Positions 36,476-45,593 of a DNA stretch of 64,000 nt are shown here, one piece after another (position 1 is the stretch's first letter; every line of letters begins with the position of its first letter). The DNA lies in sequence record OR529409.1; one strand, written 5' to 3'. The notes beneath the pieces were generated by a model. The model was not told where the DNA came from and ran no database searches. It was given only the letters and a program-made list of their open reading frames with translations. Made by a program: the position numbers and the translations under genes.

Positions 36476-36925
36476 ATGCGTTCCGTCATGATCATAAGAG
36501 CAGGAAAGGAGATCGAACCCTTTGCACTGGAAGCCTTAATCGCGGGCATTTTGGACTACACGGCGCATCAGAAACTCGAAGATGCGTATGAGATCATGGA
36601 CTCCTTACTATCAAATATTGTCACGGATAGTTTGGACGAGCTTAATGACAAAATGCTCGAACCCACCACTCGACCTCTTTCCATATACGAGAAGGAAAAA
36701 TATCAGCATTATTTGAACGAAAAGAAGAACGAACGTTATATTCGTTTCTTCCAATTACGCCAGCGTACTCTGAGCGCTTTCTCGACGTTTCTTGAAAACT
36801 TTAACGACCCCATCCTATCTATGTCTAAAGGTAATAATCTTTTACCCAAGTTGGAAGCCGAACGAAATAATATTTTGTTCGTCTCATTAGAGCAGAAGAA
36901 GAATGGAACCAAAACAAAACAATAG
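36476..36925 (+). CDS. hypothetical protein
   Basis: AGGAGG RBS. Confidence 0.75.
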   Translation: MRSVMIIRAGKEIEPFALEALIAGILDYTAHQKLEDAYEIMDSLLSNIVTDSLDELNDKMLEPTTRPLSIYEKEKYQHYLNEKKNERYIRFFQLRQRTLSAFSTFLENFNDPILSMSKGNNLLPKLEAERNNILFVSLEQKKNGTKTKQ

Positions 36926-37301
36926 CCTGATTTCGGTATTGCGATCTCGCTCCAATTATTCTGAGGAAGGAGGCTTGGTAGCTGGAGAATATCTGGCTGA
37001 TTATTTTGAAAACGCCGTTATTCAAGAGCATATGGATTTGGGTTATTTAAGAAGCATGTGTTATGATCAGGCGTTGATGGGTAACCGGTCATTGACAAAA
37101 CCAGGATGGATGCATCCGGCCCTCTCTTACGACGCGAGTGACGTCTGTGACGATTTATTTACAGAGGCAATGGAAATACTCGCTGAAGTTAATAATGATG
37201 TCACAGAGGCTCTGAATTGCATTAATTCTATTTCCTTTAAACGTACTTCCCGGCTTCTCTTCAGCACCGGAAGTGTAATCATGATAAAAACCCAATGGTA
37301 G
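36903..37301 (+). CDS. hypothetical protein
   Basis: Overlapping operon ORF. Confidence 0.65.
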   Translation: MEPKQNNSLISVLRSRSNYSEEGGLVAGEYLADYFENAVIQEHMDLGYLRSMCYDQALMGNRSLTKPGWMHPALSYDASDVCDDLFTEAMEILAEVNNDVTEALNCINSISFKRTSRLLFSTGSVIMIKTQW

Positions 37302-37666
37302 ACAGAATAAGAAGTTTGGTTAGGGTCAGTGTCCCAGCAGACATCCCCTGGGCTTCTGATTCGAGGTTGTACCACGCCAGCGCGCTTTTCTTTGAACGCT
37401 GGATTTACTATGGTGATTTCTCTCCTGAAGCTTACGACGAACTCTTCATCGACGTCGAATCTTTATTTGAGAAATCGCCGAAATCGGATGTTAATGAGAT
37501 GTTTGATGAATGTTTACTCTTAGTGGAAAACATTCGTAATGACGAACTTAACAGTGAAGTGAAACATCTTATTGAGAGCAGTCGTTTTAAGGTATCGGTT
37601 GAGGGCACGAAGCTCATCAATTGGGATCATCAACGCTTTTTAATCTTAGTGGAAACTTTAACATGA
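37295..37666 (+). CDS. hypothetical protein
   Basis: Overlapping operon ORF. Confidence 0.65.
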   Translation: MVDRIRSLVRVSVPADIPWASDSRLYHASALFFERWIYYGDFSPEAYDELFIDVESLFEKSPKSDVNEMFDECLLLVENIRNDELNSEVKHLIESSRFKVSVEGTKLINWDHQRFLILVETLT

Positions 37667-38115
37667 GTAGAAAATCTATTGTATTGCGTCTTCCGGCTTC
37701 AACTGTTGCCGACCTCAAGGAATTCGACGAAGAAGCGCAACTGCTTCTCCTTACTACCGGCCTGACTCTGGCCAAACGACCTGCTCAGGAGCTCGTTAAA
37801 GAAGACGAGGATACCGACCCTCGCTCCATCATTTCCAAAGAGGTCGACGATATCCTCGAAACCATCGACGACAATTACGACGATGACGATTCTGACGGTG
37901 ATGATGATGAATCGGCAGAAGCCCGTAAGGATGAACAACGTACGGTGATTCATCAGCAAATGGCTGACTTCATCGAAGAGTTTGTTGGGTTGCTGACCGA
38001 CCCTCAAAGTGAAAACTGCGGCGTATTGGCGGCCATCGCGCTGGAAGAACTCGACACCCCTATCAGCTGGGCTGCTGATGACAAAACTGGCCTGACCACG
38101 ATTGTATACGGCTGA
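37663..38115 (+). CDS. highly acidic hypothetical protein; start ATG 37663
   Basis: Overlaps the upstream stop codon; DDNYDDDDSDGDDDE tract. Confidence 0.7.
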   Translation: MSRKSIVLRLPASTVADLKEFDEEAQLLLLTTGLTLAKRPAQELVKEDEDTDPRSIISKEVDDILETIDDNYDDDDSDGDDDESAEARKDEQRTVIHQQMADFIEEFVGLLTDPQSENCGVLAAIALEELDTPISWAADDKTGLTTIVYG

Positions 38116-38120
38116 CAGTA

Positions 38121-38149
38121 ATCCTCCTACCCCAATGGGGTAGGAGGAT
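38121..38149. terminator. bidirectional terminator
   Basis: ATCCTCCTACCCC/GGGGTAGGAGGAT 13-bp stem between convergent genes. Confidence 0.85.
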
Positions 38150-38170
38150 CAGCTTATTTATTTTTTTTTT

Positions 38171-39463
38171 CTAGAAAAGTGAATCGTAAAGATTAAGTAC
38201 AGTTGTTTCTACTTTAGAAACGTGGGCGTTTTTCATCTTAGTTAACATAAACCGAGTTGGTATGTTAACGACCTCACTACTTAAACGGTTGGCCGATTTA
38301 CCCAAAGAAACCCCACAACAAACTTTGCAATGGTTATCTTCTTTTGTCTGGCACAGATAAGGAACGCGCATCTTAACCGTACTACCTATCATTTCGGTCT
38401 CAGTGCCCTCCAGAACGGTCGGTTTCCCATTCTTAAGGTAATAACCACCCTTCCAGTTCTTGAGACTGTAAGGGTCGATATAGACGTCTTCCGTATAGGT
38501 CGTCCCACAATCATCTTCAGCCACGATAATTCGTGAGGTTAAGCGCATCAGTTCTTTAACCCCTGCACCACCTTCACCCGTTGCCTTACCACGGTCATAG
38601 GACGCGGAAACTGCGGTATTGATGTAGTGGGTAATTTGGTCGTAATTCCAAATCTCATTAAGGGGTTGTTTTATCAGAATAAACTCACCCGTGTTAAAGT
38701 CCCTTTCCAGACCAAAGACCAGGAACATTTTCTTACGGGCGTTATCGATAAATTTCTTATCAATGAAGAAATCAGAAGAAGCGCCGTTCAATTGCTCTTC
38801 CATGTCGAGGTCTACGATCTGTTTGATGATGTTCGCTGCGACAATGGGGTCGTTCAACTCATGGGCGTGCTCTTTAAACAATCTCTCCCTTAGTGCAATG
38901 ACCGCCTTACTTACGGTAACCGCTTGAATGCTTCCGGCTTTAGTAAAGATGTCATTTAAACCCATCAGATAGTTGGCTTGTTTAGTAAGCTTAAGACACT
39001 CGGTCACGCTTGCTTTACCAGCCGGTACCTCTTCGCCTGGCTGAGGGTCGTCTACCATTAATTCGGCGATGACGTCTTCAACTAATCTGCCAGTTATGAG
39101 CTTATTGTGGTACGGAGTTCTATTTTGGAACACTTCCCAGAAAAGACATCTGTTAAGCAGTAGAATCCCCATTGTGGTGGTAATACTCCCCTCAATACTC
39201 GGGTGCCATTTATTGTCTATCACCAACTTCTCGTGTTTGTAGAATAGCGGGTAAGCGAGATCCCCTTCTATTTCTATCGTGTCCCCGTCATCGTTATAAC
39301 ACCAAAATCCGTTAGGGCTGCGATGAAGGAACCAGGGAGTTTTACCTAACAGAGTCTCGTTCTTTTCATTATCAGTAAGAATGGAAAAGGTACTCAGTAT
39401 CCAGAGTTTCTTTTGATACATACGTCTCTCAAAACACTGGAAGAGGTAATCGATCTTATTCAT
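38171..39463 (-). CDS. virion RNA polymerase beta' subunit fragment (phiKZ gp80-like)
   Basis: EDDCGT, MRVPYLC and zinc site CKVCCG; size and orientation match phiKZ as I recall it. Confidence 0.75.
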   Translation of the reverse strand: MNKIDYLFQCFERRMYQKKLWILSTFSILTDNEKNETLLGKTPWFLHRSPNGFWCYNDDGDTIEIEGDLAYPLFYKHEKLVIDNKWHPSIEGSITTTMGILLLNRCLFWEVFQNRTPYHNKLITGRLVEDVIAELMVDDPQPGEEVPAGKASVTECLKLTKQANYLMGLNDIFTKAGSIQAVTVSKAVIALRERLFKEHAHELNDPIVAANIIKQIVDLDMEEQLNGASSDFFIDKKFIDNARKKMFLVFGLERDFNTGEFILIKQPLNEIWNYDQITHYINTAVSASYDRGKATGEGGAGVKELMRLTSRIIVAEDDCGTTYTEDVYIDPYSLKNWKGGYYLKNGKPTVLEGTETEMIGSTVKMRVPYLCQTKEDNHCKVCCGVSLGKSANRLSSEVVNIPTRFMLTKMKNAHVSKVETTVLNLYDSLF

Positions 39464-40340
39464 TGGTTAACCCCAGTTTTTTCACTAATCCGTCAGCGTA
39501 GTACAGACTTTCCACATCAGAGAAATCTTCTCCTAAGCGAGCAGAGAGTTTATCGAGGAAACTCTCATTGGTAATCCCGCTGCACAGCATCAAACAAATG
39601 ATTTCTTTAATGTATTTTTTAGGTTCAGTCTCTTTCATCTCGTTGAGTCGATCAAGGTAGTACTTGTAAATAACCAACCACCCGATACCTAATTTGCCCG
39701 CGCTAACAACGTGTTCCCACGCCAACGTTCCGCGTAAGAATTCTTTATTACCCCTGACTCGGTCGCTGACGTATTGAGGGACTTCAACGTCAGCATCAGG
39801 GTTAATCAACGACGTCCTTAAAACTTCTAACAGATGTTCAGAGACGTCAGAGATAATCATTTCGTACAGGCTGGTGTCCTCCAGATCAAGGAGCTTTTCG
39901 ATCACCATTATGAAACGATCTTTTGTTTCTAAGTCAGCCGCTTCCAAAATAACACTCAATGACAGAAGATCCTCGTAACCATCCAAAATATAAGCGACGT
40001 CGATGATATTAGTGAGTAGGGGAAGATGGTCTATGGTGATCTGATCTTTATCAATCTCAATGCCAAGTTCTGTAATGATTTGAATACTATTAGCAATGAG
40101 GATATCCCTTACTGCGTTAGTCTGTTCCGTAACCGTCATTCCTTCGTCAATGAGTATTTCCAGGATTTGGTTTTGTACGGTTGTTTCTTCCTGACTAATC
40201 GCAATTAAATTATACGCTTTATCGAATGTATTGAAATTAAATTCGGTAATGGACTTAGCAAAGGCCAACCAGGTTTCTCCTAACTCAGATGTCAGGATGC
40301 TGGCTTCAGTGAGGTCTATTGCTCGTTTTTCAAAAATCAT
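39456..40340 (-). CDS. conserved virion-associated protein
   Basis: Overlaps the vRNAP gene start; synteny. Confidence 0.6.
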   Translation of the reverse strand: MIFEKRAIDLTEASILTSELGETWLAFAKSITEFNFNTFDKAYNLIAISQEETTVQNQILEILIDEGMTVTEQTNAVRDILIANSIQIITELGIEIDKDQITIDHLPLLTNIIDVAYILDGYEDLLSLSVILEAADLETKDRFIMVIEKLLDLEDTSLYEMIISDVSEHLLEVLRTSLINPDADVEVPQYVSDRVRGNKEFLRGTLAWEHVVSAGKLGIGWLVIYKYYLDRLNEMKETEPKKYIKEIICLMLCSGITNESFLDKLSARLGEDFSDVESLYYADGLVKKLGLTNE

Positions 40341-40383
40341 GGTTTAACCCCTGCTAAAGGTCGTGGGTAATAGGAGACATAAA

Positions 40384-41091
40384 ATGCGTAGTAGCCAGCA
40401 GAAAGCCAAGGCTAGTCACAAGAAAGCGATCAAAAATACTCACCGCAAGAAAAACTGCAGCGGAAAGAAGATCGTTTTAACTAAGAAACAGAAAGAAAGA
40501 AAAATGATTGAAACGATCACCGCGATGGCGAAAGCCGGGGATGTCTCCAGCGTTCAATTACTGGCTGCCGCCAGCGCCAAAGATAAGAGCGTTAAATCGG
40601 GAGAGCTTAAGACCAAGCAGCTTATCGAGTTGGTGGATGAAAATATTCAACAACTCATTATTTCCCACGCCCTTGTGGAAGGTGTTGCTGAATGTTTACA
40701 CGAAGGGCTTATCGAAGATCCTGATAACGCCATCTCTGATAAAGTCAAAGAATGCGACGAATTGACTGTGCGTTGGATGGAAGACGCTAATGCTGTTATT
40801 GCGCTCAGCCACACCGAACTCATTCCGGAAGATTACGTCGATATGGCCATTAGCTTTATGGCCAGCACTATCGGTATCATGTCCGATAGCTACCCTCGAC
40901 TCATCGAATTAACCGAAGACATGAAATCGGTCATTAATAAGAAAATGGCTGAGATCATCGATGCGGTGAAAGCTGACTATCCGGACGCTACCGAATTCGA
41001 ACAGGTCTCCAAAATTCACCAGAAGCGAATGATGGAAATCATGCCGCTTTACGGCACCCCAGCGCCTGTAGAAGAAACTGAAACCGTTTAA
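40384..41091 (+). CDS. hypothetical protein with a strongly basic N-terminal tail; start ATG 40384
   Basis: AGGAG RBS at 40372-40376, 7 nt before ATG. Confidence 0.65.
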   Translation: MRSSQQKAKASHKKAIKNTHRKKNCSGKKIVLTKKQKERKMIETITAMAKAGDVSSVQLLAAASAKDKSVKSGELKTKQLIELVDENIQQLIISHALVEGVAECLHEGLIEDPDNAISDKVKECDELTVRWMEDANAVIALSHTELIPEDYVDMAISFMASTIGIMSDSYPRLIELTEDMKSVINKKMAEIIDAVKADYPDATEFEQVSKIHQKRMMEIMPLYGTPAPVEETETV

Positions 41092-41108
41092 TCATAGGAC
41101 CGACATTT

Positions 41109-42725
41109 ATGTCTGAAGAAAACAACATTCCGGCCCAAGGGACGGCGCACGACAAGAACAACCACACGATGAGTCAGTTCCAGGAACCCAAAGATCTCAA
41201 GTTGGGGGTGTTCGATCCAAAAGAAGATAATAATTTCATTAAGGTCTTCTTAGGTGTTGACTCAGAAGAGTACAAGAAACTCTCTGGACTTATCTCAAGA
41301 TGGCTGGAGTACAACTTCGTCCTCAACGAACCCAATGCCAAACCGGCTCAGATTAACGCGGTTAAAGATAAATACTTCGGGTATCTTAAAGAACAGTACC
41401 CGAACAAAACAGAAGAAGAAGTTAACGAGCTGGCTCAGTCATACTACAGCTTCGCAACCAACTTCACTGAAAATCTGTACCGCCGGAACGAAACCGTTAA
41501 TGGGGCTAAAACGACTAACGTCTCTTTAAAAGCCCAGGGTATCGTCGAGGGAGACATCGTTGGCCGCGCGCCAGGGTTGGGTAAAAAGCTCCCTATGCGC
41601 GATATGATGCGTCGCCATTTCCGTCGCACCACTAACGAAGCGGAAAACTTCGACGTTCTCCTGCGTAACTCATTTATTCAGTTACGTATTTCTCGCCCAA
41701 CCATTCTGGAACTGGGGCGTCTGCTGGAAGACATTCAGCTCGAAGTGAAAAACTACGTTCGTCAGGTTAATGGTAACTCATTAACTCTCGCTCGTATTTC
41801 TATCGCTCGGGTTATTTGGAAATTCGTTTCTGATCGCATCGTATCCTGCTCCGTCAAAGATACCGACGATTATTACGATCTCGCTAACAACATCCTTTGG
41901 AGTGACTTTGGTGCGCTTTGCATCTCGTTACTTTCCGCATCGTCGTCCAAGGGTGTGAATTTTCAACTCGAGTGTCTTGCGAACAACTGCGACTGGGAAG
42001 AGTATCAGGTTATTGATCCTTCTCTCTTGCTTCGTCCTATTCCTGAGAATCTTTCAGAAGAGCAGTCTATCGCTCTGGGTAATATCGTTAACGGGGTTCA
42101 GCGTTATTCCCGTGAAGAGATTACTAAACTTCAGAATAAGACCAAGTACGATTTCGATACCAAATTGATGTTCGACGAAGGCCGGCAGTATTTCGAAATC
42201 GCTCCTCCAACGCTGTCTGTTGCGTTTGAAACCTTCGACATGTTCGTCGATAAAGTCATCCCTTCGATTCAGCAATTGCGCGCTAACACCATCAACGATC
42301 AGGAGTATGCCGTTGCTCTGGCTAACCTCATCCAGAGTATCGCCGGTAGCGAATACGCCCATTGGGTTAAATCCTACGTGATTAACCCGGAGAGCGGCAC
42401 AGACGGTGCACCTACTAAGTATGATCGTTTAGGCGAAGGTGGGTCTCGTGAGTTTAATGAAGGTCTCTTCGATATCCTCGATAGCGATGTTGAACTTTCC
42501 CAAGAACTCATCAAAAAGATCAACCGTATCGGTCCATCGATGACACTCACCATCATCGGGGTGCCGAACTATCATTGCCCTCGTTGCGCGAAATCAAGTT
42601 CTGAAAGCGGCATCACTTATAAAGGCATCACCCCTATTGATCCGCTTATGGCTTTTTTTACCCTAACCCAGTTGATGTTTATGGATCGGGTGGTGAATCT
42701 AAGCGGTCTCGACGCAACCCCTTAG
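41109..42725 (+). CDS. conserved core protein (538 aa) with CxxxxC and CPRC motifs, possible baseplate hub assembly factor
   Basis: Cys motifs seen; function inferred. Confidence 0.55.
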   Translation: MSEENNIPAQGTAHDKNNHTMSQFQEPKDLKLGVFDPKEDNNFIKVFLGVDSEEYKKLSGLISRWLEYNFVLNEPNAKPAQINAVKDKYFGYLKEQYPNKTEEEVNELAQSYYSFATNFTENLYRRNETVNGAKTTNVSLKAQGIVEGDIVGRAPGLGKKLPMRDMMRRHFRRTTNEAENFDVLLRNSFIQLRISRPTILELGRLLEDIQLEVKNYVRQVNGNSLTLARISIARVIWKFVSDRIVSCSVKDTDDYYDLANNILWSDFGALCISLLSASSSKGVNFQLECLANNCDWEEYQVIDPSLLLRPIPENLSEEQSIALGNIVNGVQRYSREEITKLQNKTKYDFDTKLMFDEGRQYFEIAPPTLSVAFETFDMFVDKVIPSIQQLRANTINDQEYAVALANLIQSIAGSEYAHWVKSYVINPESGTDGAPTKYDRLGEGGSREFNEGLFDILDSDVELSQELIKKINRIGPSMTLTIIGVPNYHCPRCAKSSSESGITYKGITPIDPLMAFFTLTQLMFMDRVVNLSGLDATP

Positions 42726-42772
42726 AGTTAACTACCTTTACTAACTCGCCTGATTATCTGCAGGCGAGTAAA

Positions 42773-43162
42773 ATGTTCTTAGGGAAGTCCATTAAAACGA
42801 TCACCCGCACAGAACTCAACGTCATCGATAGCAAATTAAATCGTATCGGCATGGGGTATGTGGGGCTGAGTAAAATGACTCCCTTCGATCCTATCAGTTG
42901 GGTAGAGGAAGAGCATGAGTATACTCACCCGTTCAGTCTTCAACGTCGCTTTTACGACTACGGTTATTTCCGCCTAAAAGAAATCTTTACGTTAAACGAA
43001 TACTTAAACATGGAAGCTTACCTTTTGGATAAGGCGATGAAGTACATTCGTTTAGGGGCCGATTCCAGATTAAAAGATGAAATCAGGCTCAATAAAGATA
43101 AAGCTGAGCCGGAAGCCAGTGAGGTCGAAAAAGTCATGAAAAACCTATTAGGTAAAGGATAG
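42773..43162 (+). CDS. conserved hypothetical protein
   Basis: ORF in operon. Confidence 0.6.
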   Translation: MFLGKSIKTITRTELNVIDSKLNRIGMGYVGLSKMTPFDPISWVEEEHEYTHPFSLQRRFYDYGYFRLKEIFTLNEYLNMEAYLLDKAMKYIRLGADSRLKDEIRLNKDKAEPEASEVEKVMKNLLGKG

Positions 43163-43167
43163 CGATT

Positions 43168-43749
43168 ATGTCTTATTCCAAACCTTCAAGTACTTCTATC
43201 ACGCCAACCAATAAGGTGATCGAAGAAACCGAAGAAGCAGTTCAGCAACAAATCACCTTAGAAAAAGAAAATGTTCCTACCGTCGTCCTTGCCAGTGAGA
43301 TGGTGGGTTCTAAAAGTAACGCAGTGACTGACGTTTTCGTAGAGGCCCTGACGCGCTATAAAAACGTATTAGCCGGTAACCTTGTTCTTAACAAATCCCA
43401 GCTCAAAGAAGAGCAGGCTGCGTTTATGAACACAGTGAGTAACACGATGAATCTTGAGTTTAAAGATTACGTGTTAACCACCGATGCGTTGGTTCTTTTA
43501 ATGCGTGATAACAAAGAAGCCTTCAACGAAAAGCGTCTGTACGAACTGTTTTATTATGTTCAAGGCGACTATTCTAAGAAGGCGGCTGAACGTTACATGC
43601 GTTACATGTCGGCTTTGTATACCCTGTCCCAAAACCTTCGTAACCGTTCTCGAATCGGTAAGATGGTGGACATTGTCAGTCTTTCCTCTGGCTATACAAC
43701 TAAAGCCGCTACGAATATCCAGAATTACTTCAACCGTAATTACGGTTAA
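43168..43749 (+). CDS. conserved hypothetical protein
   Basis: AAGGA RBS. Confidence 0.7.
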   Translation: MSYSKPSSTSITPTNKVIEETEEAVQQQITLEKENVPTVVLASEMVGSKSNAVTDVFVEALTRYKNVLAGNLVLNKSQLKEEQAAFMNTVSNTMNLEFKDYVLTTDALVLLMRDNKEAFNEKRLYELFYYVQGDYSKKAAERYMRYMSALYTLSQNLRNRSRIGKMVDIVSLSSGYTTKAATNIQNYFNRNYG

Positions 43750-43758
43750 TACTACTCC

Positions 43759-43792
43759 TACTACTCCTACCGCCTTGGCGGTAGGAGTAGTA
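43759..43792. terminator. bidirectional terminator
   Basis: TACTACTCCTACCGCC/GGCGGTAGGAGTAGTA 16-bp stem, preceded by a tandem copy of TACTACTCC. Confidence 0.85.
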
Positions 43793-43793
43793 T

Positions 43794-45515
43794 TTATGCT
43801 GCAAGTTTATTGTAAACTTTTTCGATCTCAGTAATGGTCGGGAATCTGTGAAGTGTAGTGCAGAGACTCAACGCATTTGCTTTAGGACTGCTGGCGTAGT
43901 TGACTCCGACTTCCCTGAATTGGAATCGATTCAACCCTTCAATTTTACACGCTTCCATACGTGTTGTTTTATTTGATACGTTCAGCGCCACTGTTGCGGT
44001 TGGATAAGCACCAGTAACGTCGATATCATCAGTCAAACCACGACCACGACTTCTGATACCCGGCATGCCGATAAAGAGCGCTTTACCCATGTCCTCATTC
44101 TTTTCAGTCTCCAACAACGCAATCCAATCTTTAAGATCTGGTTTAAGATCATCAAGCTCGTCTTTGCTTGTCGTTCCGCGAGTACCCCAAACGTAACCGT
44201 TATCTTTAGCAACAAAAGACAGTTCATCGGAAATACATTTCGGCTGACTAGGGTAGTTAAAGAATTCAGACGATTTCAAAAGCATAGGTAACGAGAGACT
44301 TAAGTCGTCCGTCTTTTCGTTAAGTTCTTCTATCGTGATGTTATCTTTGATGTTGTATATGCAATATTCAAAGATATGATTCTTTTGCATGTAACGGTGC
44401 CAGTCGGGAGAACCTGCTGGTAAGTGACTACCCGATTCGGTATAGAGTTTACCTTCTATCCCATTATCTTGAGCGGTGAATTCCAATCCATAAGAATCCT
44501 TCTTGCCCTGAGGAGCGCGTTTAATCGCATAGAAGGATGCAGCGTCCAACCATTGCCATGACGACATAGCTTGAACGGTAGGGAAACTTTCTTGCCACTC
44601 CAGAGGTTGTTTATCACCGTTCTCCTTGACCTTATGGGTTCTTCCTTTATTGAACCAATAATTCTGGAATTCTTCTGGGACATTCGGGTCGCTATAAACC
44701 GCAGCCGGATCAATGTTGTAAGCAAGTAATGCTTCCTCGTTCTTCTCCATATCGAACTTGGCGTTCCAAGATGCTATCCAATCAGGATGCCATTCATGCC
44801 AGCGCGCTACGTTACTTTCCACTACTTGAGCTTGGTTGTCGAAGAGCTCCCAAATCACAGTCGCGTTACGTCGTTTTAAAACATCCCCTAACAGTCGTTC
44901 AGCTTCAGATTCTAAAGTCTCGATAATCTTCTTATCAGACATTCCATTAAAAATCCAACGAACTGCTGAGAAGTAAATCTTTTCTTTAAACGTAGTCGAC
45001 GCCATAATGATAGAGTCATCATTATTGTTGATCATGTTTGTTTCTACGTCATAAGCTGCCGTGGTATAAGACTCTGTCTCTTGGTATTTTGCCTGTGTCC
45101 TGAAATAGTAGTTCTTTATGAGTACCGGAGTGGTTTGCTCGCAACCGTAGACATATGGAGAGTTCTTCATAGTCAGCAGGTCGGCTTTTTTATCAGGTAC
45201 CCCGTAGAGGATTCGGCTGATATTCATCGCCATACGAGCACGTGTGCTTTTAAAACTATCACATAATCGTTTGTCGATGTAGTCTTTCTTATCTTTAAAC
45301 TTACGGAATTTTTCTTTCGTGATATAAAAGTCGACAACGAGATCGGGAATACCTATCAGCGAATCAGACCGAGACCCGTCTTCATGGACATTGGTTATTT
45401 TAACCAGGTTATAGTCTTTTAATTTGTCGTACCGTGATGTGCTGTAAGCAACTTTTTTACAAACTTTTCCAATGATAGGAGAGTCGTTTTTTTCTCCTGA
45501 TCCTAGTGTAATCAT
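43794..45515 (-). CDS. split family-B DNA polymerase, N-terminal 3'-5' exonuclease plus motif A subunit (phiKZ gp82-like)
   Basis: ExoI YDVET, ExoII SWNAKFD, ExoIII YNIKD, polB motif A-like DIDVTGAYPT. Confidence 0.85.
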   Translation of the reverse strand: MITLGSGEKNDSPIIGKVCKKVAYSTSRYDKLKDYNLVKITNVHEDGSRSDSLIGIPDLVVDFYITKEKFRKFKDKKDYIDKRLCDSFKSTRARMAMNISRILYGVPDKKADLLTMKNSPYVYGCEQTTPVLIKNYYFRTQAKYQETESYTTAAYDVETNMINNNDDSIIMASTTFKEKIYFSAVRWIFNGMSDKKIIETLESEAERLLGDVLKRRNATVIWELFDNQAQVVESNVARWHEWHPDWIASWNAKFDMEKNEEALLAYNIDPAAVYSDPNVPEEFQNYWFNKGRTHKVKENGDKQPLEWQESFPTVQAMSSWQWLDAASFYAIKRAPQGKKDSYGLEFTAQDNGIEGKLYTESGSHLPAGSPDWHRYMQKNHIFEYCIYNIKDNITIEELNEKTDDLSLSLPMLLKSSEFFNYPSQPKCISDELSFVAKDNGYVWGTRGTTSKDELDDLKPDLKDWIALLETEKNEDMGKALFIGMPGIRSRGRGLTDDIDVTGAYPTATVALNVSNKTTRMEACKIEGLNRFQFREVGVNYASSPKANALSLCTTLHRFPTITEIEKVYNKLAA

Positions 45516-45593
45516 GGGCTCACCACATTTTATGAATGTTGAAGTTCTCTAAACAATTACGCTTATAGTTATTTTTAACAGAGGCCTTATTAA

